A DNA stretch of 64,000 bases from Mobula hypostoma (lineage: Eukaryota), in contig NC_086122.1 in the NCBI RefSeq assembly GCF_963921235.1, forward strand, positions 26,040,001 through 26,104,000. Direction: 5' to 3'. A model generated the notes under the pieces. That model was not told where the DNA came from. It saw nothing but the letters and a program-made list of their open reading frames with translations, and ran no database searches. Each line of letters begins with the position of its first letter. The first letter of the stretch is position 1. Shown piece by piece: positions 25,665-36,604 of this stretch. A program made the translations under genes and the position numbers.

Positions 25665-26152
25665 AAACAACAGGAATTCTGCAGATGCTGGAAATTCAAG
25701 CAACAGACATCAAAGTTGCTGGTGAACACAGCAGGCCAGGCAGCAACTCTAGGAAGAGATACAGTCGACGTTTCAGGCCGAGACCCTTCATCAGGACTAA
25801 CTGAAAGAAGAGCTAGTAAGAGATTTGAAAGTGGGAGGGGGAGATCCGAAATGATAGGAGAAGACAAGAGGGGGAGGGATGGAGCCAAGAGCTGGACAGG
25901 TGATTGGGAAAAGGGATATGAGAGGATCATGGGACAGGAGGCCTAGGGAGAAAGAAAAGGGGGAGGAGGAGAAAACCCAGAGGATGGGCAAGGGGTATAG
26001 TGAGAGGGACAGAGGGAGAGAAAGGAGAGGGAGAAAAAGAATGTGTGTACATAAATAAATAATGGACAGGTCTCGGCCTGAAACGTCGATTGTACCTCTT
26101 CCTAGAGATGCTGCCTGGCCTGCTGCGTTTAGCAGCAACTTTGATGTGTGTT
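25665..26152 (-). mobile_element. Non-coding Penelope pLTR cassette (pLTR plus inverted partial pLTR), 13-bp TSD
   Basis: TSD acacagttccatt at 25652-25664 and 26153-26165; near-identical to the pLTR of the 29189-30837 PLE. Confidence 0.9.
25763..25798 (-). ncRNA. Minimal type-I hammerhead ribozyme motif
   Basis: AGUC-CUGAUGA-AGG(GUCUCGG)CCU-GAAA-C-GUC-GACU: intact conserved core, stems I and II, palindromic ACGU stem III. Confidence 0.8.
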
Positions 26153-26461
26153 ACACAGTTCCATTGCCAGGATTGAATCCAGTTTCCTAAAGTTGTTTCC
26201 ATTTGGGGACTTGGAAAGCATGAAATGCCGAATTACAGGCTCATAACCATGGAATGTCGCTGCCATCATTACTCCTGAAGAGGAATAACATTACTTCAAA
26301 TATACGTTATAATAAAAAGATTAATGCATGACGCATGAATATGCATCACATCAGCCAGATTCTTTTGACTCAGACTTGTTAGGAACTGAAATTTTATATA
26401 TTCGAATTACAAGAAAACGATCTACTTCAAAATAATTCCAAATATTTAAACAGCCCAAGCA

Positions 26462-26819
26462 TGTAAAGGTTACAGTGTTCTGTAAGAATTATTATTGTTA
26501 CGGTAATTTGTCACATGGGTTGGGGTGAGTGAGAACGTTACATATTCACCCTTTGTGCCGTTGGTGTCGCTAGTTAGAGGCTGTGAGGTTAGGTTGGATA
26601 TTATGGTTGACCACTTATTTCGTTATTTTGCTCGTTTTTCTCACTTTGCTTATTACATTGATCCCGATATTGCTAATTTTGATCGCTCGTCTTTGCTGGT
26701 TTCATAGTAAAGGATCGAAAGTACTTTTTTTTCGACTTGGAACTCCGTTCAGCGCGTCATACAGTGTCAAGTCCCTCGCTCGGTTTCTCGGCGTTTTTTC
26801 CCCCTCAAATAACCCTACA
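26462..26819. mobile_element. Putative solo LTR
   Basis: TGTAAAGGTTA...TAACCCTACA imperfect inverted ends (TG...CA); CpG-rich relative to flanks; no TSD found. Confidence 0.35.
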
Positions 26820-28421
26820 AGGGTGATTGGAATGTTAGGAAAACATTGTTATGTAACTCTTATTATATAAGCTTTTGGAAAATGTCTTTAGAATGAAGCC
26901 TTTGACTGTAATCATCCTGATTTTGCTTTTCCCGTTTTCCCTTCCCTACAAATTCTGTTTTTGTGCACACAACTGTGATACAGTTTAGAATTTCGTGTTA
27001 ATCACCTCAGAAATGATGAAAAGGTATCAATCATCACAATGGAATCTGGACTACATGTTTCCCTTGATCTATAAAAGAGGTATGTTCCTGGAAAACATTC
27101 TGTTAATAAAAAAAAGTCAACTGAAATGGCTTTTCCAAGTAGTTTCAATGCAGAAACACCAGTCGTGTTTTCAGAGATCAAGAATTTCAATTGAAAGGAA
27201 CTCAAACGCTTAAAAGTACGTCAACACAAGTACTTGAAGCAACAAAATGTAATTTTATTGACAACGGTCTTAAATTACGAAAATAAAAGTACATAATTAA
27301 TGCGCATTCTCAGGGTACTCAACAAGTGAAAACATAAAATCCTCAGGGGTTGTGACGGGGGAATGTGGAGAGGATATTTAATTCTGTGGGAGAATCCATT
27401 TGGGACGTGCGTCTATATTTGCTATTCGGCTGTCTAGGGTTGCTATAGCGTTCATTTACCAGCAGGGGGAAGCAGATGGTTAAAAATAAAGATGGCTACA
27501 CTCAGGTGATGCCGGTCTTTCTCCCCCTTACTACTATGTTGAAGGTTATTACAATAGTGATAAGGTAAAACTGGCATGAACTGGATTCTGGAAATGTCCT
27601 ACATAATGAGTCAATAGTACAATTAAACCTACACAGTTTTAAAAAATGCCAACATTTGGATAGGTAACATAATTTGAGAGATCAAATCAAGACAGAATAT
27701 TAATTGAGCATAGTTTAGTAGTAGTTAGTAGAAAATAATATTACAGATGAGAAAAAGACAAATATATTCCTTACCATTTTGGGGTCTGCTAATTTGGACT
27801 CCCCAGATGTCTGGCTGTGTAAAGAAATTGGTGAAATTGCCTTAGAATAAACTTTTTGAAACTGTCAAAAATTTCAAGTTGAAGCCGTTTATCATTGTAG
27901 CATGCTTCATATTTCATCACCAGCACCAAGGAGAAACTCTGGCTGGAGACCGTAGCAAACTCCAAGCTTGCCTTAGTGCTAAGGGATGAGATAGGGCAAT
28001 TCACTCAGTGTGTTCAGGAAAGTTTTCTGAAACATTACATATTTATCCATACTAGAGAAAGGGCTACACCACCTCTTCTTTGGAAATGAGACTGAGCAAG
28101 TGGTTGATCTGTCAGTGTGCAAGTACTTTGGGACTCGATTAGTTTCAGGATAGTTATGGAAAAAGATAGGACTGATCGTGAAATTTGTTTTGTGGCAGCA
28201 ATACACAGCAAGACATAAAAATTACTATAAGTTTCAATAAAAAATAGTGTGAAAGAAGAATAGTGAGAAAGTATTTGTGGGTCATTCAGAGGTCTGAAGG
28301 CACAGTAAATGATAGGACCCTGGGGAGTGTTGTTGAATAAAGAGACCTTGGGGTAGAAGTACCTAGTTCCCTGAAAAATGGGAAGGTAGACAAGGTGGAG
28401 ATGAATGTGTAAGGCATACTA

Positions 28422-28718
28422 CCAGAAACCTATATATAAGGCATCCGTTAGTCTTGCGAGACTATGGATCTGCGCCTGGAAAGTCTTCACTCTCCAGGCC
28501 TGGGCAAGGTTGTATGGAAGACCAGCAGTTGCCCATGCTGCAAGTCTCCCCTCTCCACAACACCAATGTTGTCCAAGGGAAGGGCATTAGGACCCATACA
28601 GCTTGGCACCAGTGTCGTCGCAGAGCAATGTGTGATTAAGTGCCTTGCTCAAGGACATAACACGTTACCTTGGCTAGGGTTTGAACTCACGACCTTCAGG
28701 TAGCTAGTCCAATGCCAC
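28422..28718 (-). mobile_element. tRNA-headed SINE with RTE-related body, 10-bp TSD
   Basis: TSD aggcatacta at 28412-28421 and 28719-28728; B-box GAGTTCAAACCC on minus strand; body shared with the 35330 and 57760 elements. Confidence 0.75.
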
Positions 28719-29188
28719 AGGCATACTAGCCTTCATCAACTGAGACACAGAATATTCTACTACACCCCATCTCCCTACCTCCCAGTTACACACTATGGTC
28801 AATCTACAGTGGCCAATTAATTAAGGCTCTAGGTAAGTGATTGGGATGTGGGAGGACCAGACTATCCAGAAGAACATCAAGTACTTACTAATTCCACGCA
28901 GATAGCAGCCGAGGTCAGGACTGAAACCGAGACTTGGGCACCGCGACTCCTACTGGCTGCACTACTCTTACTGCAGTGAGCTTCTGGTGCTACCTTTTTC
29001 AATTGGCCTGTGCCAGTAGAATATTCATTGAGGCAGACCCTTAATGGACAAGGGGTAAGGTTACCACATACAGGTGGAAATGTGGAGTTCAACCTGCAAC
29101 TAGACGACCCACCAAATCACAGAGCAGGCTCAAAGCGGCATGATCTAAACCTGCTCTTGACAGTGTGAAAAGCGATTTCTCTAGCTTC

Positions 29189-30837
29189 TACAAGGAAATC
29201 TGCAGATGCTGGAATTTCAAGCAACACACATCAAAGTTGCTGGTGAACGCAGCAGGCCAGGCAGCATCTCTAAGAAGAGGTACAGTCGACGTTTTGGGCC
29301 GAGACCCTTCGTCAGGACTAACTGAAAGAAGGGCTAGTAAAAGATTTGATAGTGGGAGGGGGAGGGGAGATCCGAAATGATAGGAGAAGACAGGAGGGGG
29401 AGGGATGGAGCCAAGAGCTGGACAGTTGATTGGCAAAAGGGATATGAGAGGATCATGGGACAGGAGGCCTAGGGAGAAAGAAAAGGGGGAGGGGGGAGAA
29501 AACCCAGAGGATGGGCAAGGAATATAGTCAGAGGGAGAAAAAGGAGAGTGAGAGAAAGAATGTGTGTATATAAATAAATAATGGATGGGGTACGAGGGGG
29601 AGGTGGGGCATTAGCGGAAGTTTGAGAAGTCTATGTTCATGCCATCAGGTTGGAGGCTACCCAGACGGAATATAAGGTGTTGTTCCTCCAACCTGAGTGC
29701 GGCTTCATCTTTACAGTAGAGGAGGCCGTGGATAGACATATCAGAATGGGAATGGGATGTGGAATTAAAATGTGTGGCCACTGGGAGATCCTGCTTTCTC
29801 TGGTGGACCGAGCATAGGTGTTCAGCAAAACGGTCTCCCAGCCTGTGTCGGGTCTCGCCAATATATAGAAGGCCGCATCGGGAGCACCGGATGCAGTACA
29901 TCACCCCAGCTGACTTACAGATGAAGTGTCGCCTCACCTGGAAAGACTGTCTGGGGCCCTGAATGGTAGTGAGGGAGGAAGTGTAAGGGCACGTGTAGCA
30001 CTTGTTCCACTTACAAGGATAAGTGCCAGGAGGGAGATCAGTGGGGAGGGATGGGGGGGGGTACGAATGGACAAGGGAGTTGCGTATGAAGCGATCCCTG
30101 CGGAAAGCTGGGGGGGGAGATGTGCTAGTGGTGGGTTCCCGTTGAAGGTGGCGGAAGTTACAGAGAATATGTTGGACCCGGAGGCTGGTGGGGTGGTAGG
30201 TGAGGACCAGGGGAACCCTATTCCTAGTGGGGTGGTGGGAGGATGGAGTGAGAGCAGATGTGCGTCAAATGGGGGAGATGCGTTTGAGAGCAGAGTTGAT
30301 GGTGGAGGAAGGGAAGCCCCTTTCTTTAAAAAAGGGGGACATCTCCCTCGTCCTGGAATGAAAAGCCTCATCCTGAGAGCAGATGTGGCGGAGAGGGAGG
30401 AATTGCGAGAAGGGGATGGCATTTTTGCAAGAGACAGGGTGAGAAGAGGAATAGTCCAGATAGCTGTGAGAGTCAGTAGGCTTATAGTAGACATCAGTAG
30501 ATAAGCTGTCTCCAGAGACAGAGACAGAAAGATCTAGAAAGGGGAGGGAGGTGTCGGAAACGGACCAAGTAAACTTGAGGGCAGGGTGAAAGTTGGAGGC
30601 AAAAATAATGAAGTCAATGAGCTCAGCATGCATGCAGGAAGCAGCGCCAATGCAGTCGTTGATGTAGCGAAGGAAAAGTGGGGGACAGATAGCAGAATAG
30701 GTTTGGAACATAGATTGTTCCACAAAACCAACAAAAAGGCAGGCATAGCTAGGACCCATACGGGTGCCCATAGCTACACCTTTAGTTTGGAGGAAGTGGG
30801 AGGAGCCAAAGGAGAAATTATTATGAGTAAGGACTAA
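29189..30837 (-). mobile_element. Penelope-like retroelement, 5'-truncated (RT C-half, GIY-YIG endonuclease, pLTR)
   Basis: GTRMGPSYACLFVG..LFLRYINDCI (RT); VMYCIRCSRCGLLYIGETRHRLGDRFAEH..EEQHLIFRLGSLQPDGMNID (GIY-YIG); 12-bp TSD ttctctagcttc at 29177-29188 and 30838-30849; frameshifted. Confidence 0.93.
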
Positions 30838-30849
30838 TTCTCTAGCTTC

Positions 30850-31260
30850 CAGTAATTTCCCTCACTTCTCCCTTCTCTCCTTTTCCATTTCCCTTTCTGG
30901 CTCTCCTCATACTCTGTCTCTTCTCCTCACCTGCCCATCATCTCCCTCTGGTGCCCCTCATCCTTCCCTTTATCCACAGTGCACTCTCCTCTCCTATCAT
31001 ATTCTTTTTTCTTCGGCCCTTTACCTCTTCCCCTTCCAGCTTCTCACTTCATTGACCCACCTACCCTCCCCTTGCCTGGTTTAATCTACCTCTTGCTTAC
31101 TTGTACTCCTTCCCTTCCTCCCACCTTCTTATTCTGTCTTCTTCTCCCTATCTTTTCAATACTAATGAAGGGTCTCAGCCTGAAATGTCAACTGTTTATT
31201 CTTCTCTACAGACGATGCCTGACTGCTGCTGAGTTCCTCCAGGATTTTGTGTTTATTGTT
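30850..31260 (+). mobile_element. Older Penelope pLTR (host of the 29189 insertion)
   Basis: Pyrimidine-rich pLTR body, degenerate hammerhead CTAATGA-agggtctcagcct-GAAA-tgtc, gctgagttcctccag end. Confidence 0.75.
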
Positions 31261-31552
31261 CCTAATTTACATCTCTGTACCACATAACGAGCAGTATTGC
31301 ATGTCAAGGTGACAGCCCATGTGAGATAGAGAGTTGTCATGGGTATCAGTGAATCTGAGCTTGGTTGAGTTTGCAGCATTGATATCAAGCTCTTCTGTGC
31401 TCCCAACAGCAAAGCAAGGTATTTTTTTTAATCATGCAGGCACGCCTAATGCTACTCTCCATTGTTGGCATCATCACCATTAAGAAGAGCTGTACTTTCT
31501 CAATAAACAAGAACCTTTTCTCATAGGAAGTTGTTTAGATGGTACTGCTACA

Positions 31553-31978
31553 ATGTTGTTGGCTTATTCTGTAACCTCTTTAATATTATTGGCCTGCTTA
31601 CTTTCATATTCCTTCTTTACCCTCTTAATGACCTTCCTAGTTGCCTTCAGTTGGTTTTTAAAAACCTTCCAGTCCTCTAACATCCCACTAATTTTTGCTC
31701 TATCATATGCCCTCTCTTTGGCTTTTATGTTGGCTTTGGCTTCACTTGTTAGCCACGATTGTGTCATTTTTTCTTTTAGTGTTCTTCCTCTTTGGGATGT
31801 ATATATCCTGTGCCTTCCGAATTGCTTCCAGAAATTCCAGCCACTGCTGCTCTGCCCTGCCAACTCCTCTCTCATGCCTCTGTAATTCCCTTTGCTCCAC
31901 TGTAATACTGATACATCTGACCTTAGTTTCTCCTTCTCAAATCTCAGGGTGAATTCGATCATATTATGATCACCTGCC
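31553..31978 (-). mobile_element. CR1 LINE ORF2 internal fragment
   Basis: DHNMIEFTLRFEKEKLRSDVSVLQWSKGNYRGMREELA...WLTSEAKANIKAKERAY. Confidence 0.85.
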
Positions 31979-32683
31979 CTACATGGACATTGTCTGCAAG
32001 CTTCTAGATACTAACCAGATGTTTTTCAAATTCAGAGTAAGGCTCTGTTGTCCAGGTTAGTCCTTGTAAAATATTGTTGAATACAGAGTGATATAATTCT
32101 GGACCAACAACCATAATGCAGGTGTGGTATATCACCATACCACTAGAAAACTGGCCTTTGAATGTACGGCCCTTTTGTGCCTTGGGTTCTATGAGTGATT
32201 GATTCAGAAAAAAACTTAAGCCTGATTGTCCCAAAGAGTAGGATGATGTTTTACTGCCTGGAAACTTGGAGTGGTTTTCTCATCTTGAGTTGAACTTGCA
32301 GAGGATACCCATTACCATGAGAGCCCAGACTCATTCACCACAAGTACTTGTTCAGGGGAATAGGCACCTCCTTCAGTGATTTCTTGCAGTTGTTTGGGAA
32401 ATTTTCTGTCATCATGGCAACTGTCTTTGCTTCCTCCCTTTCAAGGTAAATATTCTGCAGATTTCCAAGTGGCTTGAACATTTCAGAAGATCCAGGGCCC
32501 TTCTCATGTTTTTCTTTCAGGTAACAATCTAACACTTTACTGTTTATTAAGCTTTCAGAGAGGAAATGCTGTTAATTGTGATGTTCTAACCATATACTAG
32601 ATCCATTCTTTCCATTATAACATTTGTTCCCTCTGTAGCATATGATGCACTTCCAGGGGTAACATTTTGTTTGAATTCCTAAG

Positions 32684-33261
32684 CAATGTTCCCTCAAGGC
32701 TGCACAGGTGCACAGCTGCACAGTAACTGAAATGCTCCCGTGCACATAGCCTTTGTTGCCGCGCAGCTGAAATTTTCTTTTATGTAATGTCAATATAATT
32801 TTGAAGTTATGTTAATATAGTTTTGAAATCTGTGATAGTTTACTTGTGAAATACCCTGAAATTAATTATGCATTAATGAATAGAATCCATAAATTTTCTA
32901 AATAATATATTTTCTACACCTTTACTTTGAAATATCTCAGAGCATCAATATAACTACATTGGCAATGTTTCAAGTTGTAACAATAAACACAGAATGGAAG
33001 TCGGTAGCTCATTATTAATAACCTGCCAGCCCACTGAACGCAACGTGAAAGAGTTTCTCTGTTGTATTTCAGTATAACCTTCACTTAATAAATAACATCA
33101 AAAATGTGTGTTTTTAAAATTTTCACTCTAAATGTTCATGGTACGCATAGTATATGAAAAAACATATAAAGTGCTGTGCAGTATTCAGGCTGTATAAAAA
33201 TTTCCTACTCAGAGCAATGGTTGGTCTGCGTAGCTATATAAAAAAAGTAGAGGGAATGTTG
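32684..33261. mobile_element. Non-autonomous DNA transposon (hAT-like TIRs)
   Basis: TIR CAATGTTCCCTC / GAGGGAATGTTG; related ends near 50443 and 55016; TSD unclear. Confidence 0.55.
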
Positions 33262-33382
33262 CGCTAAGGATTGTTTGCACCAACAAGTTCAAAAATGGCT
33301 GAAGTTCACAAAATGGTCATTCCACAACCTCCCCCCCCGCCCCCACTTTTATTAATCTCATCCAGATTAGCATTACTGCCTA

Positions 33383-33910
33383 CACCCAGTGACTACGTTA
33401 TTAGGTACACCTGTACACCTCTTCATTAATACAAATATCTAATCAGCCAATCACTTGACAGCAACTTGATAAGTAAAAGCATGCAGACATGGTCAGGAGG
33501 TTCAGTTGTCGTTCAGACAAAACAACAAAAGAAATGCGATCTAAGTGACCTTGACCATGAAATGTCAGTTGATGTCAGATGGGGTGGCCTGAGTATCTCA
33601 GAAACTGGTGAACTCCTGGGATTTTCACGCACAACAATCTCTAGAGTTTACACAATGGTGTGAAAAACAAAGAAAAACATCCAGTGAGTGGCAGTCCTGT
33701 GGGTGAAGGTGCCTTGTTAATGAGAGAGGTCAAAGGAGAATAGCCAGACTGGTTCAAGCTGACAGGAAGGTGCTAGCAACTTAAATAACCATGTATTACA
33801 ACAGTGGTGTGCTGAAGAACATTTCTGAACACACAAGTTGAACCTTGAATTGGATGGGTTACAGCAGCAGAAGAGTCCACTGCTGTACCTGATAAAGTAG
33901 GCACTGAATG
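33383..33910 (+). mobile_element. Tc1-derived non-autonomous transposon
   Basis: TA-flanked imperfect TIRs (cacccagtgactacgttattaggtaca / tgtacctgataaagtaggcactgaatg); transposase HTH remnant DLSDLDHEMSVDVRWGGLSISETGELLGFSRTTISRVY. Confidence 0.8.
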
Positions 33911-33924
33911 TATAGCTTGATAGA

Positions 33925-34283
33925 TAGATAGATATACTTCATTGATCCCGAGGGAAATTGGGTTTCGTTACAGCCGCACCAACCAAGAATAGAGCATAAG
34001 TATAGCAATACAAAAACCACCAACAATCAAACAACAAAATGCAAACTATGCCAGATGGAAAATAAGTCCAGGACCAGTCTACTGGCTCAGGGTGTCTGAC
34101 CCTCCACGGGAGAAGCTGCAAGTTCAATGGCCACAGGCAGGAATGACCTCCCATGCCGCCCAGTGTTGTATCTCGGTGGAATTTGGCCAAAGTCCAACAG
34201 TAAAAAGTTCAATATCTGGTCTACGAACACGTTCCTCGATCGTAATATGACCCGGATTGCACCATCTGTTGTTAACCAGAACA
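33925..34283 (-). mobile_element. Rex1/Babar-type LINE 3' end
   Basis: IPPRYNTGRHGRSFLPVAIEL; tail matches the 43195-43835 copy; (tcta)n end. Confidence 0.75.
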
Positions 34284-34361
34284 GTGCATGATTTCTTAGA
34301 AGAGGTGCAACCTTAGAACTGCTGGACATTTTGAAGGATGCACAGAATAAAATATGATAAA

Positions 34362-34467
34362 CGAGAGGAAATCCGCAGATGTTGGAAATCATAGCAATAC
34401 ACTGTTGACTGAACTCTTTTCCATAGATGCTGCCTGCTGAGTTCCTCCAGCATTTTGAGTGCATCGC
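34362..34467. mobile_element. Short Penelope pLTR-derived cassette, 14-bp TSD
   Basis: TSD taaaatatgataaa at 34348-34361 and 34468-34481; two oppositely oriented pLTR end fragments. Confidence 0.8.
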
Positions 34468-35329
34468 TAAAATATGATAAATCCCATTAACAAGCAGAGC
34501 ACTGCAACCTCAACAATGACAAGATGGCATCAGAGCAAGTGTGAATGCATTGCGAGCAGAAATTAGTGTGTTTTACATTAAAATGCGCAAAGTTTCACTA
34601 ATTGAGGATGACATTGTAATGGAATTTCAAATCAAAAGATACCTGTATCTTGTTTCATCCATTTAGATCGCCAACAAAACATACCTTAGGAGATTTCTCC
34701 AATATGCAAGTTGTTAATTTTATATTCAAATATTTTGGAATATTGGAAAATTATGTAATATAACTAAAATATCTTTTTCTTTACTTTTCTGGTGGTACCA
34801 ACTTATTGTAACATTGGGCAATGATGAACATGAGCAAGCCACCTAACCAGAAAATGCCATGGCCTGTTTACAGGAGAACACCATTATAATGGTGTATGAA
34901 TAACATAATTAGCTACTAAATGTTGTTTACCAGCTAGACCCCCATTTGTTACATTGAAGACCTCAGGCGAGGGTAGAATCAAGTGCTGATGGAGGGTCCC
35001 TGAAAGTAATTGAGGTGGGGTTTTTGTGGAGATTTTAGGCTCAAGGAGTAGTGGTGGTGAAGATGCGTTTTGAGGAAATTGAAGCCTCAGTGTCCAGCAG
35101 TGATGGGACAGAGGAAGGACGTGTTCTAGGAGGGATCTAGGACAGAAACAGTTGTGCACTCACCATTCACGCATATCCACCCTTTTGTGGTGAGCAGAGT
35201 ATTGTTTAGGGAGATAGGCTCACTCCCTGACTAGGGGGAAAAAACCTTCTGGGACAGGTGTAAATCAAAGTCTGTTCATATGGCCCGCTAGCATATACCT
35301 CTCTGATCTGATCTGAGGCCTGTGTCTGT

Positions 35330-35890
35330 CAGAGTTGTCCATGGATATTGCATCTAGATATGTAAGCCTGGGCAGTACGGTATGGAGAGCAAGCTGTTGC
35401 CCGTGTAGCAAGCTCCCCTTCTTCACGGATCTGATGAACCCAAAGGAACAGCAGAGACCGATACAGTTTGGTACCAGCAGCGTCGCAGGAGTTGCTAGTC
35501 AGCATTGAAATCAATGTAGCACTGCCTTAGCAACTTCAGCTCCAAATTTTTTCCTCGGGGTTTACTCCCGAAACCTTCCCCATGAGTAAGTGTAGCTGCA
35601 AGGCAGTGGAGGTTTGAGATCAGAGTTTTCCTTCTGGAGGAGCTGCCAGCCACAGCTGACATGCCCCATCTGCCCAAAGCAACTGGTTTTAAGGGGCCAG
35701 TAACCCACCTTTGCCTCTTCTCCTGACAGTAGAAATGATTCCGCCGGGCTTAGTAGCTTGGCCACATATGAAAGTCAGGAGCTGGAATTGGTTGTCAGAG
35801 GCTATTTGAGGTGCACACCATTGGGAGCACTTAATAGGTAGTGGGAGCTTGTCCCTGTGACAATCCCCAGCTATAACAACCTTCAGGAAC
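35330..35890 (-). mobile_element. RTE-related non-autonomous element
   Basis: Shares a body with 57760-58100 and 28422-28718; agaaggaaaactctgatctcaaacc motif typical of RTE 5' regions. Confidence 0.6.
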
Positions 35891-36604
35891 CAGCATATAC
35901 CTTAGACACATTATTGACAACACAAGGCACAGAGAAAAAGAATCACCTGATTGTAACTGCACTCATTCATTTGGACTCAGTCAGAATACATTCCCTTTGT
36001 TCTATCCAACTCTCCACCATCTTCTCTCCTGCTAAAACAAAAGTTGTTTTTCTTTTTCCTAGTTCTGAAGGAGGCTCCCAGATCTGAAACATTAACTGTG
36101 TTGATGTCTCCACAGAAGCTGCTTGACCTTCTGAATCTTTCTAGCATTTTCTGTTTTTTTTTTCATATTTTCACCATCAGCATTTTTAATTTTCATTGTG
36201 CTTTGTCTCTCATTAAGGACCAACTATGCCATAACAAAATTGAGATCTTACTGCCTTAATAAAGATTATCCTATGGACAGTTGTGTTTCAGTTATTCCTC
36301 TATGCAAAGAGCTGTGCACGCTATGCTGTTATTATATTAGTGTTGAGTTTGGGGTGTGACTGCTTGTGAAAACAGAATACAGTAGTGGCCACTACAAATG
36401 CCTAGCATTGTGGAGATAAGGTGAAGCAGTCTTGAGTGTAGCCAAGGAACATGGCACTGTCCTTCAGCAAATTCCTTTCTGATCAACAACCAGCTGTCAC
36501 TAGAGAGTATAAATATTTCCCAGTGATGAAAAGCTCTGAATTGTTCATAGTAACCTTACTTGCTGTCTGCACCCCTGGGAAGCCAGTAATGTTGGAAAAT
36601 CCCA

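Noticed and set aside
26068-26095. Additional hammerhead in the inverted pLTR
   Set aside because: Truncated: the CUGANGA box and stem I 5' strand are missing.
34878-34895. 18-bp perfect palindrome acaccattataatggtgt
   Set aside because: Isolated, with no associated feature or second copy; no functional support.
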